Source: Octopus sinensis (lineage: Eukaryota). From it: a DNA stretch of 64,000 nt. A program made the translations under genes and the position numbers. The stretch covers positions 52,142,001 to 52,206,000 of the forward strand of contig NC_042997.1 in NCBI RefSeq assembly GCF_006345805.1, given 5' to 3'. The notes beneath the pieces were generated by a model, which worked only from the letters and a program-made list of their open reading frames with translations, was not told the DNA's origin and did no database searches. Shown here piece after piece: positions 26,018 through 37,846 of the stretch; within the stretch, counting starts at the first letter, position 1; the number at the start of each line of letters is the position of its first letter.

Positions 26018-26920
26018 TTTTTTTTTCATTTTTTTTTATGCAATTACTAAAATATTTAACAATAAAAATACAGTAGGATTTTTTTTTACACATCAAATGG
26101 CTATGGAAGTTCAGTAGAGTAAGATATGAATCAAAGGTGTCCATAAGCAAAAAATAATCAAGAACCACTGATCTATCAGAAAAATGTGAGTTCGGGGGGA
26201 ATTCCAGCCAGCTGGTAGAAAAGGTTGAGGGTTCTGTTTGGAAAATGAGATATAGAAAAAGTAATTCGAAGAAAGCAAGTAGAGCAGATATGTAACTATA
26301 GTGTAGCAGAAGCCATTGCATAGCAGACAAAAGAGATGAAGAGAAGAAATAGTTCAGTTGTGAACTAGTGGTTAAAAGGTATTGGTGATTTAACCTCTGC
26401 AAATAAGACAAATGGCTTTCTTTTCTTGGATGTGGTGTAGGATGCATATGTGTATAAGAACAGCACAATCACGTAGATGTGAACCAAATAAAGCAACAAC
26501 CACATGTTGTTGGATCCAAATAACATCTTCTTATGATTCTTTTTGCTTTCAGCTTGGAACAACCCACCTTTAGCTTAGATTCCCACTCAGAGAATTTCTT
26601 ACATTGGATCAAATGAACTTTATTCAAGTGATTGTCTTTATCTTTAATATTTTCCTATCGTTTGTCACTCTCTTAGTTGGAATCCTCAACAATATATTCT
26701 CACTCTTCTTTAAAATCTTCTAATAAAATCATCAATTTCCTATCAGAGTCAATTCTCTAAATAAACAAAAATAGAAAGTGAAGAATTTATTTTGCTTCTC
26801 TTATGTAGTGTCAGGGAGAATGGACTGTTTTTAGAACACGTCTTATATATATATATATAAAACTTAGATAAACTTATGTTTCGACCAGAGATTGGTCCAG
26901 GCCATGTCTAACTTAATATA

Positions 26921-28181
26921 CGAGGGGTGTATGAAAAGTCTTGAGCTTCAAAACAACAAAACATGGTACAAGACAGAAGTGATTTATTTTTCAACATAGT
27001 CCCCCTCGATAGCTGAACACTTTCTCCAGCGATGCTGAAGCGCCATTATCTCGGCATAGAGGAACTCTTTTGTTTGAGACTCCAAGAAACTTACTACAGC
27101 GTCTATGACGTCATTGTCACTACCAAAATGGCGACCAGCCAGGGTATCTTTCATTTTTGGGAATAGATGTAAGTCAGAGGGGGCTAAGTCTGGCGAATAG
27201 TGCGGATGGGGAACAAGTTCATATCCACAATCACGAACTGCTACCATGGCAATCACTGAGGTGTGGGCTGGAGCATTGTCGTGATGAAAAATGACTCCTC
27301 TAGTGAGCATTCCCTGCCTTTATTCTTTGTTTGCTTCTCGGAGGCGTTTCAGTAGCTGAGAATAATACATCCCTGTCACGGTGTGATCCTTTTCAAGGTA
27401 ATCGATCAGCAAGACAACTTGGGAACACCCCCCCCCCAAAAAAAAAACGGAAGCCAGGACCTTGCCAGCTGAAGGACTGACCCTGGCCTTCTTTGATTTC
27501 AGGCTGGTAATGATGAACCCAACTTTCGTCCATAGTAATGAAACGAGCAAGAAAGCTCTCTTCATCGGTTTCAAACACTTCCAGATTGCTCGAGGACAAA
27601 GTGCACCTGGCGCATTTCTGTTCAGGAGTCAAAAGGCGAGGGACCCACCTTGCAGAAACCTTTGAGAACCCAAGTTCTTTTGTCACAATGTTGTCTGCTC
27701 TCTCAGTTGAGATGCCCAGTCTCTTGGCTGCCCAACGACATGATATTCGACGATCTTGCATTATCATACCAAGAGCAAGGTCAATATTGTCCTCGGTGGT
27801 TGCAGTTGGAGGTCTTCCTGGTCTGGGATCATCTTCCACACTCTCTCTGCCACGCTGGAATTCGTTTACCAACTGTTTGACTGTTGCGTATGAAGGAGCA
27901 TTGTCTGTTAAGGTTCTCACCATATTTTTATGGATTTCTGATGGAGTCATGCCTTTCAAATGAAGGTACTTTATGACAGCACGATTCTCAGTTTCCTCCA
28001 TTTTCCTTGTAACCCCGACACTTGTTTATTCAAAAATCTGTAACAAAACAAAATTAAAATATCAGAATCATGAAAATGAGCACGAATACTCCGAAAAGAC
28101 TGTACTTACCAGAAAAAATGTTTCAGCTACCTAGCAGCCCCGTTTCTAGGTTAAGCTCAAAACTTTTCATACACCCCCTCG
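26921..28181 (-). mobile_element. Full-length mariner (DD34D) with frameshifted transposase
   Basis: TA|cgaggggtgtatgaaaagtcttgagctt and the matching 28-29 bp TIR|TA; ATG at 28001; WVPRLLT, MDESW, HDNA and YSPDLAPSD motifs, with 34 residues between the last two Asp; frame broken twice. Confidence 0.95.
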
Positions 28182-28224
28182 TATATATATATATATATAA
28201 TATATATATATATTATATATATAT

Positions 28225-28259
<35 letters not shown>

Positions 28260-28332
28260 TTGTAAAAAAGAAGTTTGAAAACGCCACTATATTAGATAAA
28301 TTTTAATTTTCTTATGAATTTTACATGTTTCG

Positions 28333-28514
28333 GTTCTTGAAAAAACGAACCTTATCAAAAATATTATAAAAAGTGCAATGGAAAAGTTCATAATCGTTTC
28401 TTACTGGTCTCAATAGAATCCATGTTCTTGAAAAAACGAACATTATCAAATATATTATAAAAAGTGTAATAGAAAAGTTCATAATCGTTTCTTACTGTTC
28501 TCAATAGAATCCAT
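28333..28514. repeat. 91-bp tandem duplication
   Basis: 28333-28423 and 28424-28514, a few substitutions apart. Confidence 0.85.
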
Positions 28515-29389
28515 GTGGTGGTGTTTTGTCGGTAGTTGGTATAATCGCTATATTACTGTTGAGTGTAGTGAAGAAGTCCATTATTGTTTCTTGCTGGTAT
28601 CAAAAGAAACCGCTTTTTTGTTACCTTGTGTTCCAATGGTAGCAACAGTAGTGATTGTTGGTCGTAGTAGTAGTAACCTGTGGCTGTTACTGTTGGTCGT
28701 AATTTTGGCAACCTTGGTGGTGGTTGGGGTTGTAGCAGTTAAGCTGTGGCCGTGGCAGCAGCAGTAGCAGTAGTAGAGGACTGTTGATCGTAGCAGCAAT
28801 AGTGGTCGGTTCACTGGCACTGCTCACTGACGTCACATAATTCCAAACCAATCAAAACCAAACTTCAACGAATACAAGGAAAAGACCCATAACTGTATCC
28901 TGTAAGGAAACCAACCAAGCAGAACGACAAGCTTGACCACGGAAGAAAAACGTCATCAATTTTTTAACGAATCAAAATCAGATCTGCTCGCAGAAAAAAA
29001 TTTTTTTATAAATTCATCTTTCCCTAAAACATACCACTGCAAGCGGGAGTGACTGTTTAAAGATCTGAGAAATTGTAATTCCCCCCACCTCCATCCTTTT
29101 TTTACTATTTTAATTCTCACACTGTGGCCATAGCAGCACCAGTAGAGGGCTGTTGATCGTAGCAGCAATAGTAGTGACCACGGTGGTTGTAGTAGTAGTG
29201 CAAGTGGAAGCAGTCGTAGTGGTCGTGGTGGTTGTGTTAGAATTTCATTTTTCCTTTTCGGAAGACCAATGTTTTGTTTTAATATTCCTGGTCCAGGGTG
29301 TTCAAACTTGGTCTAAATTTTTTGATGAAATAAAGTTCTTTATTTTGGCGTTGGGTGAAGGTTACGCTGTCACATATATATATATATAG

Positions 29390-31453
29390 TGAGAATTTAC
29401 AAAAAAAAAAAGACGAAGACAGGTGTGTAAACAACAAACAGATGTATTAGTTTAACGTTTGGAAAGTGAGAAAGTCTTTTACGTTTCGAGCCTACGCTCT
29501 TCGACAGAAAGGAATACAGAAATAAACAAGGAGAGGAAATAGAAAAAAGGTTTAGTGGCTAGCGATTTGTCATGGCGAATGCCGGACAGATGGGTCACAC
29601 AGTAGAGCTAGGAAGAAGAGGAGATAATAAAGTAGTGGTGATCCCAAAACGAAAGTGCACGTGCGTAAGTATGTGAGAGCAAGTATGTGCGCATGGAAGG
29701 GGGCTGATGACCTTGACGTGTGAGTGTGTGCATGTGTAGGTGTGTGGCTGATAGCGTAGGTGCTGGGAAGTGGTCAGTGCTAGTGTGTGCGGAGTGGTGT
29801 GATGTGGTATGGTGGTGTGTGGTGTGGTGGTGTGGGGGAGGCGAGAGTAGGGGGAGCGGGGCTGGTCTAAGGGATGGGGTGGTGGGGGTGGGATGTATTG
29901 GGATGGTGGGGTTCGAATGAGTAGGAGTGGGGTAATGAGGGAGGGGGTGACGATGAAGGGAGAGGATGAAAGGGAGAAGGTGGGTAGGAGTGAAGAGAGG
30001 AAGTAGGTGCCAGAGCAAGAGAAAAGAGGTGTATGGGAGGAAGTAGGTGTGAGAAGAAGATAGGAAAGTGGAGGAGGGTTAGATGAAGAAGGGAGGAGAG
30101 TTGAGCCCATGTGATGCAAAGGAGCGAAGAGAGAAAATTAATCCCTGCTCACGGCGAAGACGGGAGTCTGGATGGCCCCTATGCAAGGACAATCTGAACA
30201 CAGACAGGTGTTGTAAAGAGTGACCGGTAGAGCGGAAATGGCGCGAGACCGAGGTGTCGTTGCCAAGTCTGATGTCTCGGAAGTGTTCCGCGAACCGGCG
30301 TCCCGTTTGACTGATGTATAGAGGACAGAGAGAGCAGGAGATGCAGTAGATGACGTTGCTAGAAATGCAGGTGAAGGAGTCAGTGATATGATAGGGTCGA
30401 TAATGGGTGTCTGTGAGAAGGGTGGTGTTGGAGAGGTAAGAGCAAGTGCGGCAGCGTGGGCAGGAGCAAAGGAAGGGGCCGGATTGGGAGGTTGGGCTAG
30501 GGAAGAAGCAGTGGACCAAGAGGTCTCGTAGGTTGTGCGCTCGTTTGAAGGAGGGGAGGGGTCGGTTAGGGAAGATATGCGAGGCGCAGGGGTCGAACTG
30601 AAGTCGCCAGAAGGCTCAGAGAATGGTGCGTTGGAGAGATGGGTGGTGGAGTGGTAGGTGAGGGGAAACGGGAGACGGGTGACGGGGTGGTAGCGGGGGG
30701 GAGCAGATGCACGGTCAACGGAACCTGTTCTGGCAAGGTTGGTGTGGAAAGAGGTGAGGGGATATCCACGTAGGATGAAGGGGCTAGCCGTGAGTTGAGA
30801 CTGAGACTCAAAGTCATGGTTGTCACTGCGTAGACGGAGGAATTGGGAATAGGAGATGGAGAGCTTGGTGTGTTTAGGGTTGGAGGAGGAGAAGTTGAGG
30901 TATGAGTGTGAGTCTGTGTGTTTGTAGTGAATGGAGGTGGTGAGAGTGGAGTGATGAATGCTGACCGAAATGTCGAGAACGGCGACTGAGGTGTCGGAAA
31001 TAGTGCAGAAGTGGAGGGCAGGATGGAAAGATTTGACAAAAGAGAGGAAGGAGTCTAGATGTTCACGGGAGAGTGAGGTCGCACCGATACAGTCGTCAAT
31101 ATAGTTCAGGAGTGGGACCAGTGAAACTTTAGAGTGTTTGGGCCTCAACGTAGCCAACAAACAGGTTCGCATAGTTGGGGCACATTCTTGTTACCATGGC
31201 CTGCTGGTAAAAATCACCCGCGGACAAGAAGCAGTTAAGTGAGAGGACAAGTTCAGCCAGACGAAGGAGTGTGGATGTGTCAAGTTGGGGGTTGGGTCGA
31301 AGGTCAAGGAAATGTTGGAGTGCGCGCAGCCCCTCGTGGTGATAGATCACCGTGTATAGAGTCTTGATGTCAAAAGTGAGGAGAAGTTTAGAGGGGCCAG
31401 GAGGGAAATTAAGAAATCAACTCGTAAATAAACGAAACCCTCTAATCCATCAC

Positions 31454-31495
<42 letters not shown>

Positions 31496-31850
31496 ACACA
31501 CACACACACAGAGAATTGCATATGTATGTATGTATATGCCTGCATATGTTTATGCACAAAGGTGCATCATGATCTATACACATGCAGACGAAAAAGTAAG
31601 CGAACAAAATAATATGACTACTTGCTTATCGGGAAATCTGTAAGTTCGATTTTGTAAATTTTTTTTTATGTATCACCATTATACTCTAGTGAAATTAAGA
31701 ATGGTTGGTGTCATGGATGTGAGGTTGGAGGGAAGCCACTAGGGGGGCAAGGACACGGTCAAGATATCTGGAGATGAGTTCGATGGGGCAGTTGCAGGCG
31801 GGGACGATGAGGCGGCCATGGGTTATTAAATTTCTGGAGTTTGGGGAAGA
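29390..31850 (-). mobile_element. Decayed Penelope-like element (RT + GIY-YIG), interrupted at 31405-31701
   Basis: PK..K.NNP..R.IV, YLDRVLAP, TFDIKTLYT, YANLFVGYVE, YIDD, HYKHTDSHSYL and the GIY-YIG segment SSNVIYCISCSLCPLYISQTGRR. Confidence 0.9.
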
Positions 31851-32639
31851 AGTCAATTCAAATAAACAAATAATATAAACAGACAAGATGACGTGCACAA
31901 AGAATGTAATAGTTTGAGAAAATGGATTTTTGGGACAGGGGAGTGCAAAGAAGGCCAGTGTATGTGCAGTAATATTTGTGTGCGTATGTGTTTGTCCGAG
32001 TGACGTACGTAATAGGTCAACGAACAGGTTAGTAGCTGGTGTTTGGTTCAGTCGAAGAAGGTGAAGGTTTGTGAGTGGGTGTGGCTGTGTATGTGTTTGC
32101 ATGAGTGCGCGTGACGTAGAGGAAATGTATGTGTGTGTGTACGTGCGCGCGCGTACGAGGGCAGTGTGTGCGTATGAGTGTGTATGTATATATGTGCATA
32201 TGAGTGTGTGTGAGGTCGTATGGGTGTAGGTATATGTACGTGTGTGTGTGCGTGACGGAGAGACGAGGTAGCACATGTGTGGGTGCGTGATGTAACCGTG
32301 CGTGTGGTTTTTGTATGTGTGCGAGCTTACGTGTGTGCGAACTATATGTATGTGCGTATGAGTGCGTGTGTGCGTATGTGCGTATATATATATATGCGTA
32401 TGAGTGTGCGTGTGGATGTGTGTGTGCGTGTGTGAGTGTGTATGTGTGTGTGTGTGGTGTGAGAGGTGTGTGGGGTGTGAGAGGGGAGACGACAAGTATG
32501 TGAGGGCGTTGGTGTTGCTGTTAGTATGTATATTTTTGTCTGAGTGCGTATGAGTGTGTATAAAGACGTCTATGTGACTGTGTATGTGTGACCGTGTGTG
32601 TGAGCGGCATATATATATATATATATATATATAAAGAAT

Positions 32640-33630
32640 TTCAAAAATTCACTGCGATTCGTTTAGACTTTTTATTGTTACATTTTTAAAGACCTAACAG
32701 GTTTCACAGGTTTCTCTGATTTTCAAAAGTTGAGTTACAAAGACGTGGAGTTATGTCACAAGTGTCTTGCTTCTGATAGGAATTCAAAAATTCCTTTGTT
32801 TTTTTATAGAAACATGGCTCGATACGCTTTGATTGGCCGAGAATGATCACGTGGTTAGGTTTAGAAAGTTTTTTTTCGTTCGTTCCCTGTTACGTCCATT
32901 CTTTAATGTCATGTGATAATGTTTGGTGCCTGCGGTTGAGTGAACATGTCTCGTGACAATCCCAAACAATTAGGGGTGTCAATTTTATCTGTCAAATGTG
33001 ATAGAGAAAGATCATGTTATTAGCTTTAGAAATTTTTGTAGGTTCCCTGCTACGTCCGTGCGTAAATATCATGTGACTTCACTTTTTACTCCGAAAATTA
33101 AGGCTGATACAGTTAAGTGAACATGTCTAGCGACCATAGACTTACAAAAAAACAAAGACAATATATTCATATAAAAATAGCAACCAGTACTGAATAAACT
33201 TCAACAAACTACATTCACGAACAACTATTCGCGCACAAATTCATTCTACTGTTTGACATGTTGAATTTATACAGGTACCAACCTAAACTTTGGACACAAT
33301 TATGACTTTTCCCCGTATGGCACTAATACACAAATTTGATGCCTGCATAGACATAAGCCAAAATTATTCAATTACTGGGCTCCATAGAAACAACTCCTGT
33401 CCATTCCACCACTTGACAGATGAAATTTAGAGACCCTGGTTTTGAGACTTTGACTAAACATGTTCACTCAACCGTGTCAGCTTTAATTTTAGGCAAATAC
33501 TAATTTGAGCTATGTTCTCTCAACAAACGCAAGATAATTTTTTTAAATTAAAAAATCTGTGAAACCGGTTAAATCTTAAAATTTTTTTAAACAGAAAATC
33601 TAAATGAATCTCGGTATCTTTTCAATTTTT
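32640..33630. mobile_element. Old non-autonomous element with degenerate ~80-bp terminal inverted repeats and internal inverted and direct repeats
   Basis: 32640-32720 resembles the reverse complement of 33550-33630; ~33095-33130 is inverted at ~33450-33490. Confidence 0.5.
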
Positions 33631-33738
33631 TTTTCTCTATATTTCTATCCGTGTGGAATAAAATAATGTTACGTCATATGTAAACAAACATAAATTTGTT
33701 TTTGAAGCACTGAAATATATTGTAGTACAAGTAGAAAG

Positions 33739-33822
33739 ATATATAGAATGAAATCCTTACAGAGCAGAAAAATCTGGTTGCTGACAGATTTTTCTGCTCT
33801 GTAAGGATTTTATCCTATATAT
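33739..33822. repeat. Hairpin with 26-bp perfect core stem and 8-nt loop
   Basis: 33751-33776 is the exact reverse complement of 33785-33810; the stem extends to ~38 bp with one mismatch and one G-U. Confidence 0.9.
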
Positions 33823-33860
33823 GCTGTTCTATCAGTACTTACGCGTTGAAAAATACCTTT

Positions 33861-33900
<40 letters not shown>

Positions 33901-34072
33901 ATATTAGGGAATAAATCCAAATTTACAGGGAAAAAATCAGATTTAGGATTAAATCCAATTTTATAGTAAAATATTATAAAATATTATTAGAGACAAAACC
34001 ACTATTTTGCAAAACAAACAAGGAAAGACTTAATCAATACATAAAATTTTAATAAATAGTCAAAAAAAACCG

Positions 34073-34115
34073 CCACTACAATTGTTTCTTGTCTTGATCG
34101 ACAATCTTCAGGTGG
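34073..34115 (-). ncRNA. Minimal type I hammerhead ribozyme motif
   Basis: Minus strand CCAC CUGAAGA UUGUC gaucaa GACAA GAAA caauug UA GUGG; full catalytic core, 5-bp stem II, 4-bp stem I, palindromic stem III. Confidence 0.7.
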
Positions 34116-34132
34116 ACTTCCAATAAGTCATT

Positions 34133-34166
<34 letters not shown>

Positions 34167-34192
34167 TATATATATATATATATTTATATATA

Positions 34193-35370
34193 CTAGCAGT
34201 ATCGCCCGGCGTTGCTCGGCGTTGTAAGGGAATAACTATATAAGCATTTTTAGAGAGTTATACCCAAAAAATAGCAAAAAAATGCATTAAAAATTGAAAA
34301 AAAATTAAGGTAAATTTTTTTTTAAATCGTTGACACATCGTAGATATTTTTAGAGAGTTACTTCCCTTATATAAAAGCGAAAAAATGCATTAAAATGGAA
34401 AAATATGATGGTAATTTTTTTTAAATCGTAGACTCATCGTAGACGCGCGCTAATACCCAGAAGGGCTCGATATGAATCACGACTATAAGATACCCGCTTT
34501 TGGTTAAACTGCACCGCAAAATGTGGGAGTAGTTACGAATCTAAATCGAAGGGGACAGACACACAACTTCACTCTTATATAAAGATGCTTTTTTTTTCAG
34601 TCATAGAGTTAGATTTATGAAGGTCTTCAGAAGAAAATCCTTCGAGATCTGACTCGCTGCTTGATATAATGAAATTCGTCTCCATTTTTTGTCAGAATTA
34701 CAAATTTTGAAAACACAATAGGAACAAATTTCGGAAAAAAATCTCCCATAATTCACGGAATTAAAATTACACTTCGATTTTTGTACAAAACTGTATTTGA
34801 AGTGTTTACGAAGTATAATACGTGTTTTCACGAATGTACTAAAGAGATTTACTCTGATATTCTCATTTAAATATGAATAGGTAAATTCGGGCGGTTTGGT
34901 AACGAAAGGGTTTATATAAGTGTCGTCTGTTTATACATAAACACTGTTTCATACTTTCAGTTTAGTCTTCCTCAAATCACTCTGTCGCTAATTTACTCTC
35001 TTCCAAGAACATTTTCACTCACTTTTATCTGTTAGCTTCCCATACATTTTACTCATGTATCTATCAGCGTGATAGACAGAAACAACAAATCACTCTGTCG
35101 CTATTTACTTTCATTTTATTCGTTGCCCACTGTGTGTGTGCGTTTGCGTGTGGTGTAAACCAGACTAAGAAAAGCATTTGACACACACACCAGAATGTGA
35201 GTTTTCTGTAAATTTTGCTTAATTGGAGTTTAAATTTAAAAATCTGGACCTGGCATGACGCGATGCATTGTACTCTTAAAAATGCTAGGTAAATTGTAAT
35301 TGAAGAAATCCTATATTGTAGATTTGTATAACTCCCAAAGGGAGGCAGATAAAATCTGCCTTTTATAATA

Positions 35371-35373
<3 letters not shown>
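34193..35373 (-). mobile_element. Non-autonomous Helitron, left arm of palindrome
   Basis: 5' TC at 35373, 3' GC hairpin plus CTAG at 34193, flanked by AT repeats. Confidence 0.85.
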
Positions 35374-35449
<76 letters not shown>

Positions 35450-35458
35450 TTATATATA

Positions 35459-35534
<76 letters not shown>

Positions 35535-35535
35535 C

Positions 35536-36715
35536 TCTTATTATAAAAGGCAGATTTTATCTGCCTCCCTTTGGGAGTTATACAAATCTACAATATAGGA
35601 TTTCTTCAATTACAATTTACCTAGCATTTTTAAGAGTACAATGCATCGCGTCATGCCAGGTCCAGTTTTAAAAATTTAAACTCCAATTAAGCAAAATTTA
35701 CAGAAAACTCACATTCTGGTGTATGTGTCAAATGCTTTTCTTAGTCTGGTTTACACCACACGCAAACGCACACACACAGTGTGTAACGAATAAAGTGTAA
35801 CTAGATGTAATATTTGTTTCTCTCTATCACGCTGATAGATACATGAGTAAAATGTATGGGAAGCTAACAGATAAAAGTGAGTGAAAATGTTCTTGGAAGA
35901 GAGTAAATTAGCGACAGAGTGATTTGAGGAAGACTAAACTGAAAGTATGAAACAGTGTTTATGTATAAACAGACGACACTTATATAAACCCTTTCGTTAC
36001 CAAACCGCCCGAATTTAACCTATTCATATTTAAATGAGAATATCAGAGTAAATCTCTTTAGTACATTCGTGAAAACACGTATTATACTTCGTAAACACTT
36101 CAAATACAGTTTTGTACAAAAATCGAAGTGTAATTTTAATTCCGTGAATTATGGGAGATTTTTTTCCGAAATTTGTTCCTATTATGTTTTCAAAATTTGT
36201 AATTCTGACAAAAAATGGAGACGAATTTCATTATATCAAGCAGCGAGTCAGAATTCGAAGGATTTTCTACTGAAGACCTTCATAAATCTAACTCTATGAC
36301 TGAAAAAAAAAAAAAGCATCTTTATATAAGAGTGAAGTTGTGTGTCTGTCCCCTTCGATTTAGATTCGTAACTACTCCCACATTTTGCGGTGCAGTTTAA
36401 CCAAAAGCGGGTATCTTATAGTCGTGATTCATATCGAGCCCTTCTGGGTATTAGCGCGCGTCTACGATGAGTCTACGATTTAAAAAAAATTTACCATCAT
36501 ATTTTTCCATTTTAATGCATTTTTTTCGCTTTTATATAAGGGAAGTAACTCTCTAAAAATATCTACGATGTGTCAACGATTTAAAAAAAAAGTTTACCTT
36601 AATTTTTTTTCAATTTTTAATGCATTTTTTTGCTATTTTTTGGGTATAACTCTCTAAAAATGCTTATATAGTTATTTCCCTTACAACGCCGAGCAACGCC
36701 GGGCGATACTGCTAG
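35536..36715 (+). mobile_element. Non-autonomous Helitron, right arm of palindrome
   Basis: a preceding (TC) then TCttattataaaagg...ccgagcaacgccgggcgatactgCTAG|t; second internal 5' end (a|tctttatataagagtgaagttgtgtgtctgtc) at 36319. Confidence 0.85.
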
Positions 36716-37846
36716 TATATATATATACATATGAAATCATCGTTTTGCATCCAGTTTCCATGCTGCATGAGAGGGAGGGATTTTAAAAATTCATTAGTAC
36801 TGTTCATCCCGGACAGGTCAGAGGACTCCATCTCACTAATGTGCTTTATTTCTAATTTGGTTTCTATTTCTGGATGTCCTTCCTAAGACCAATCACTTCA
36901 CAGAGTGTACTGGATAGGTTTTTCCATGTCACCAGCACTGGAGAGATAGTCATGTGTTCAACATGTCGAGGGATCTCTGCTTCTTACCAACCTCTTTGAA
37001 AGGCATGAAGAATGAGTGATAGGGTACTCAGTATTCTATGATACGTACATGTTCTCAACACAAAGTGGCTAAAAAAAAACAGGGTAATGATAAAAGTAGT
37101 GTGACCTCGGAAAGAGTGCGATATCAGAGACCCGGGAATGAAAATATGAAGGCTTTTAGCGATCATGGTATATTACGTACATGATTTTACGAAACATATT
37201 CTAAAATTATTATTGCTCATATTCTGAATTCCTTCCATTTGTTTTTATGTATTTTCTCATGTTTTGCTCGTCAATTTCGATCAGTTTTGTTTTTTTCGTG
37301 TCGATGCGTTCATTTTGTTTTTGACAGCCAATAAAAATGCGCAACAGTGGTATTAAGTTTCACCCACCACATTACACAGCCCCCTATCTAATATAGACTT
37401 TCTACTCACTTCCAGTTACACTCCTTCACTTACGTATATATCTATATTTTTCAAACTGGAATATTATATAACAATGCTTATCAACATTGCATACACACTT
37501 TCTTTCAAAGTTTTAAACCTCTCTTGACGAACCTTTTCCATTTAATTTTTTCACCCATCTTTTTCTTGTTTAAACTCTCTCACCCCTGTTTTCTCATAGA
37601 AAAATTATGTATATACTTGTTTACAATTACTTTTATTTTTAATTTTATTCTCGACTTACTTCATCTATGCTTCTTAAATTCTAAAATGATTCTAGCCTGG
37701 GATTCTCGTTGGATGTAGATATTATGTTTGTAGCGAAATCTAGTGAACTTCCTCTCTCTATTATATATATATACATACGTACGAATCTAGCAGGTAACAG
37801 CTAACCTTTGGGCCCTGTTTTGGACTCCATTGTGTCTCCCACTTTG

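Noticed and set aside
26599-26756. Minus-strand exon-like segment RIDSDRKLMILLEDFKEE* with a good acceptor
   Set aside because: No recognisable homology, several stops follow, and no upstream exon could be linked
16160-26900. Further GAAAC-containing hammerhead-like remnants (~16165-16195, ~26865-26900; also ~4245)
   Set aside because: CUGANGA core missing or scrambled; at most dead Penelope terminal-repeat fragments
31695-32495. 266-aa ORF upstream of the Penelope RT
   Set aside because: Mostly (CA)/(TG) microsatellite; only the last ~50 residues are Penelope RT
34193-36715. Assembly mirror artefact as the explanation for the large palindrome
   Set aside because: The arms differ at multiple substitutions, indels and a ~40-bp patch; still needs read confirmation
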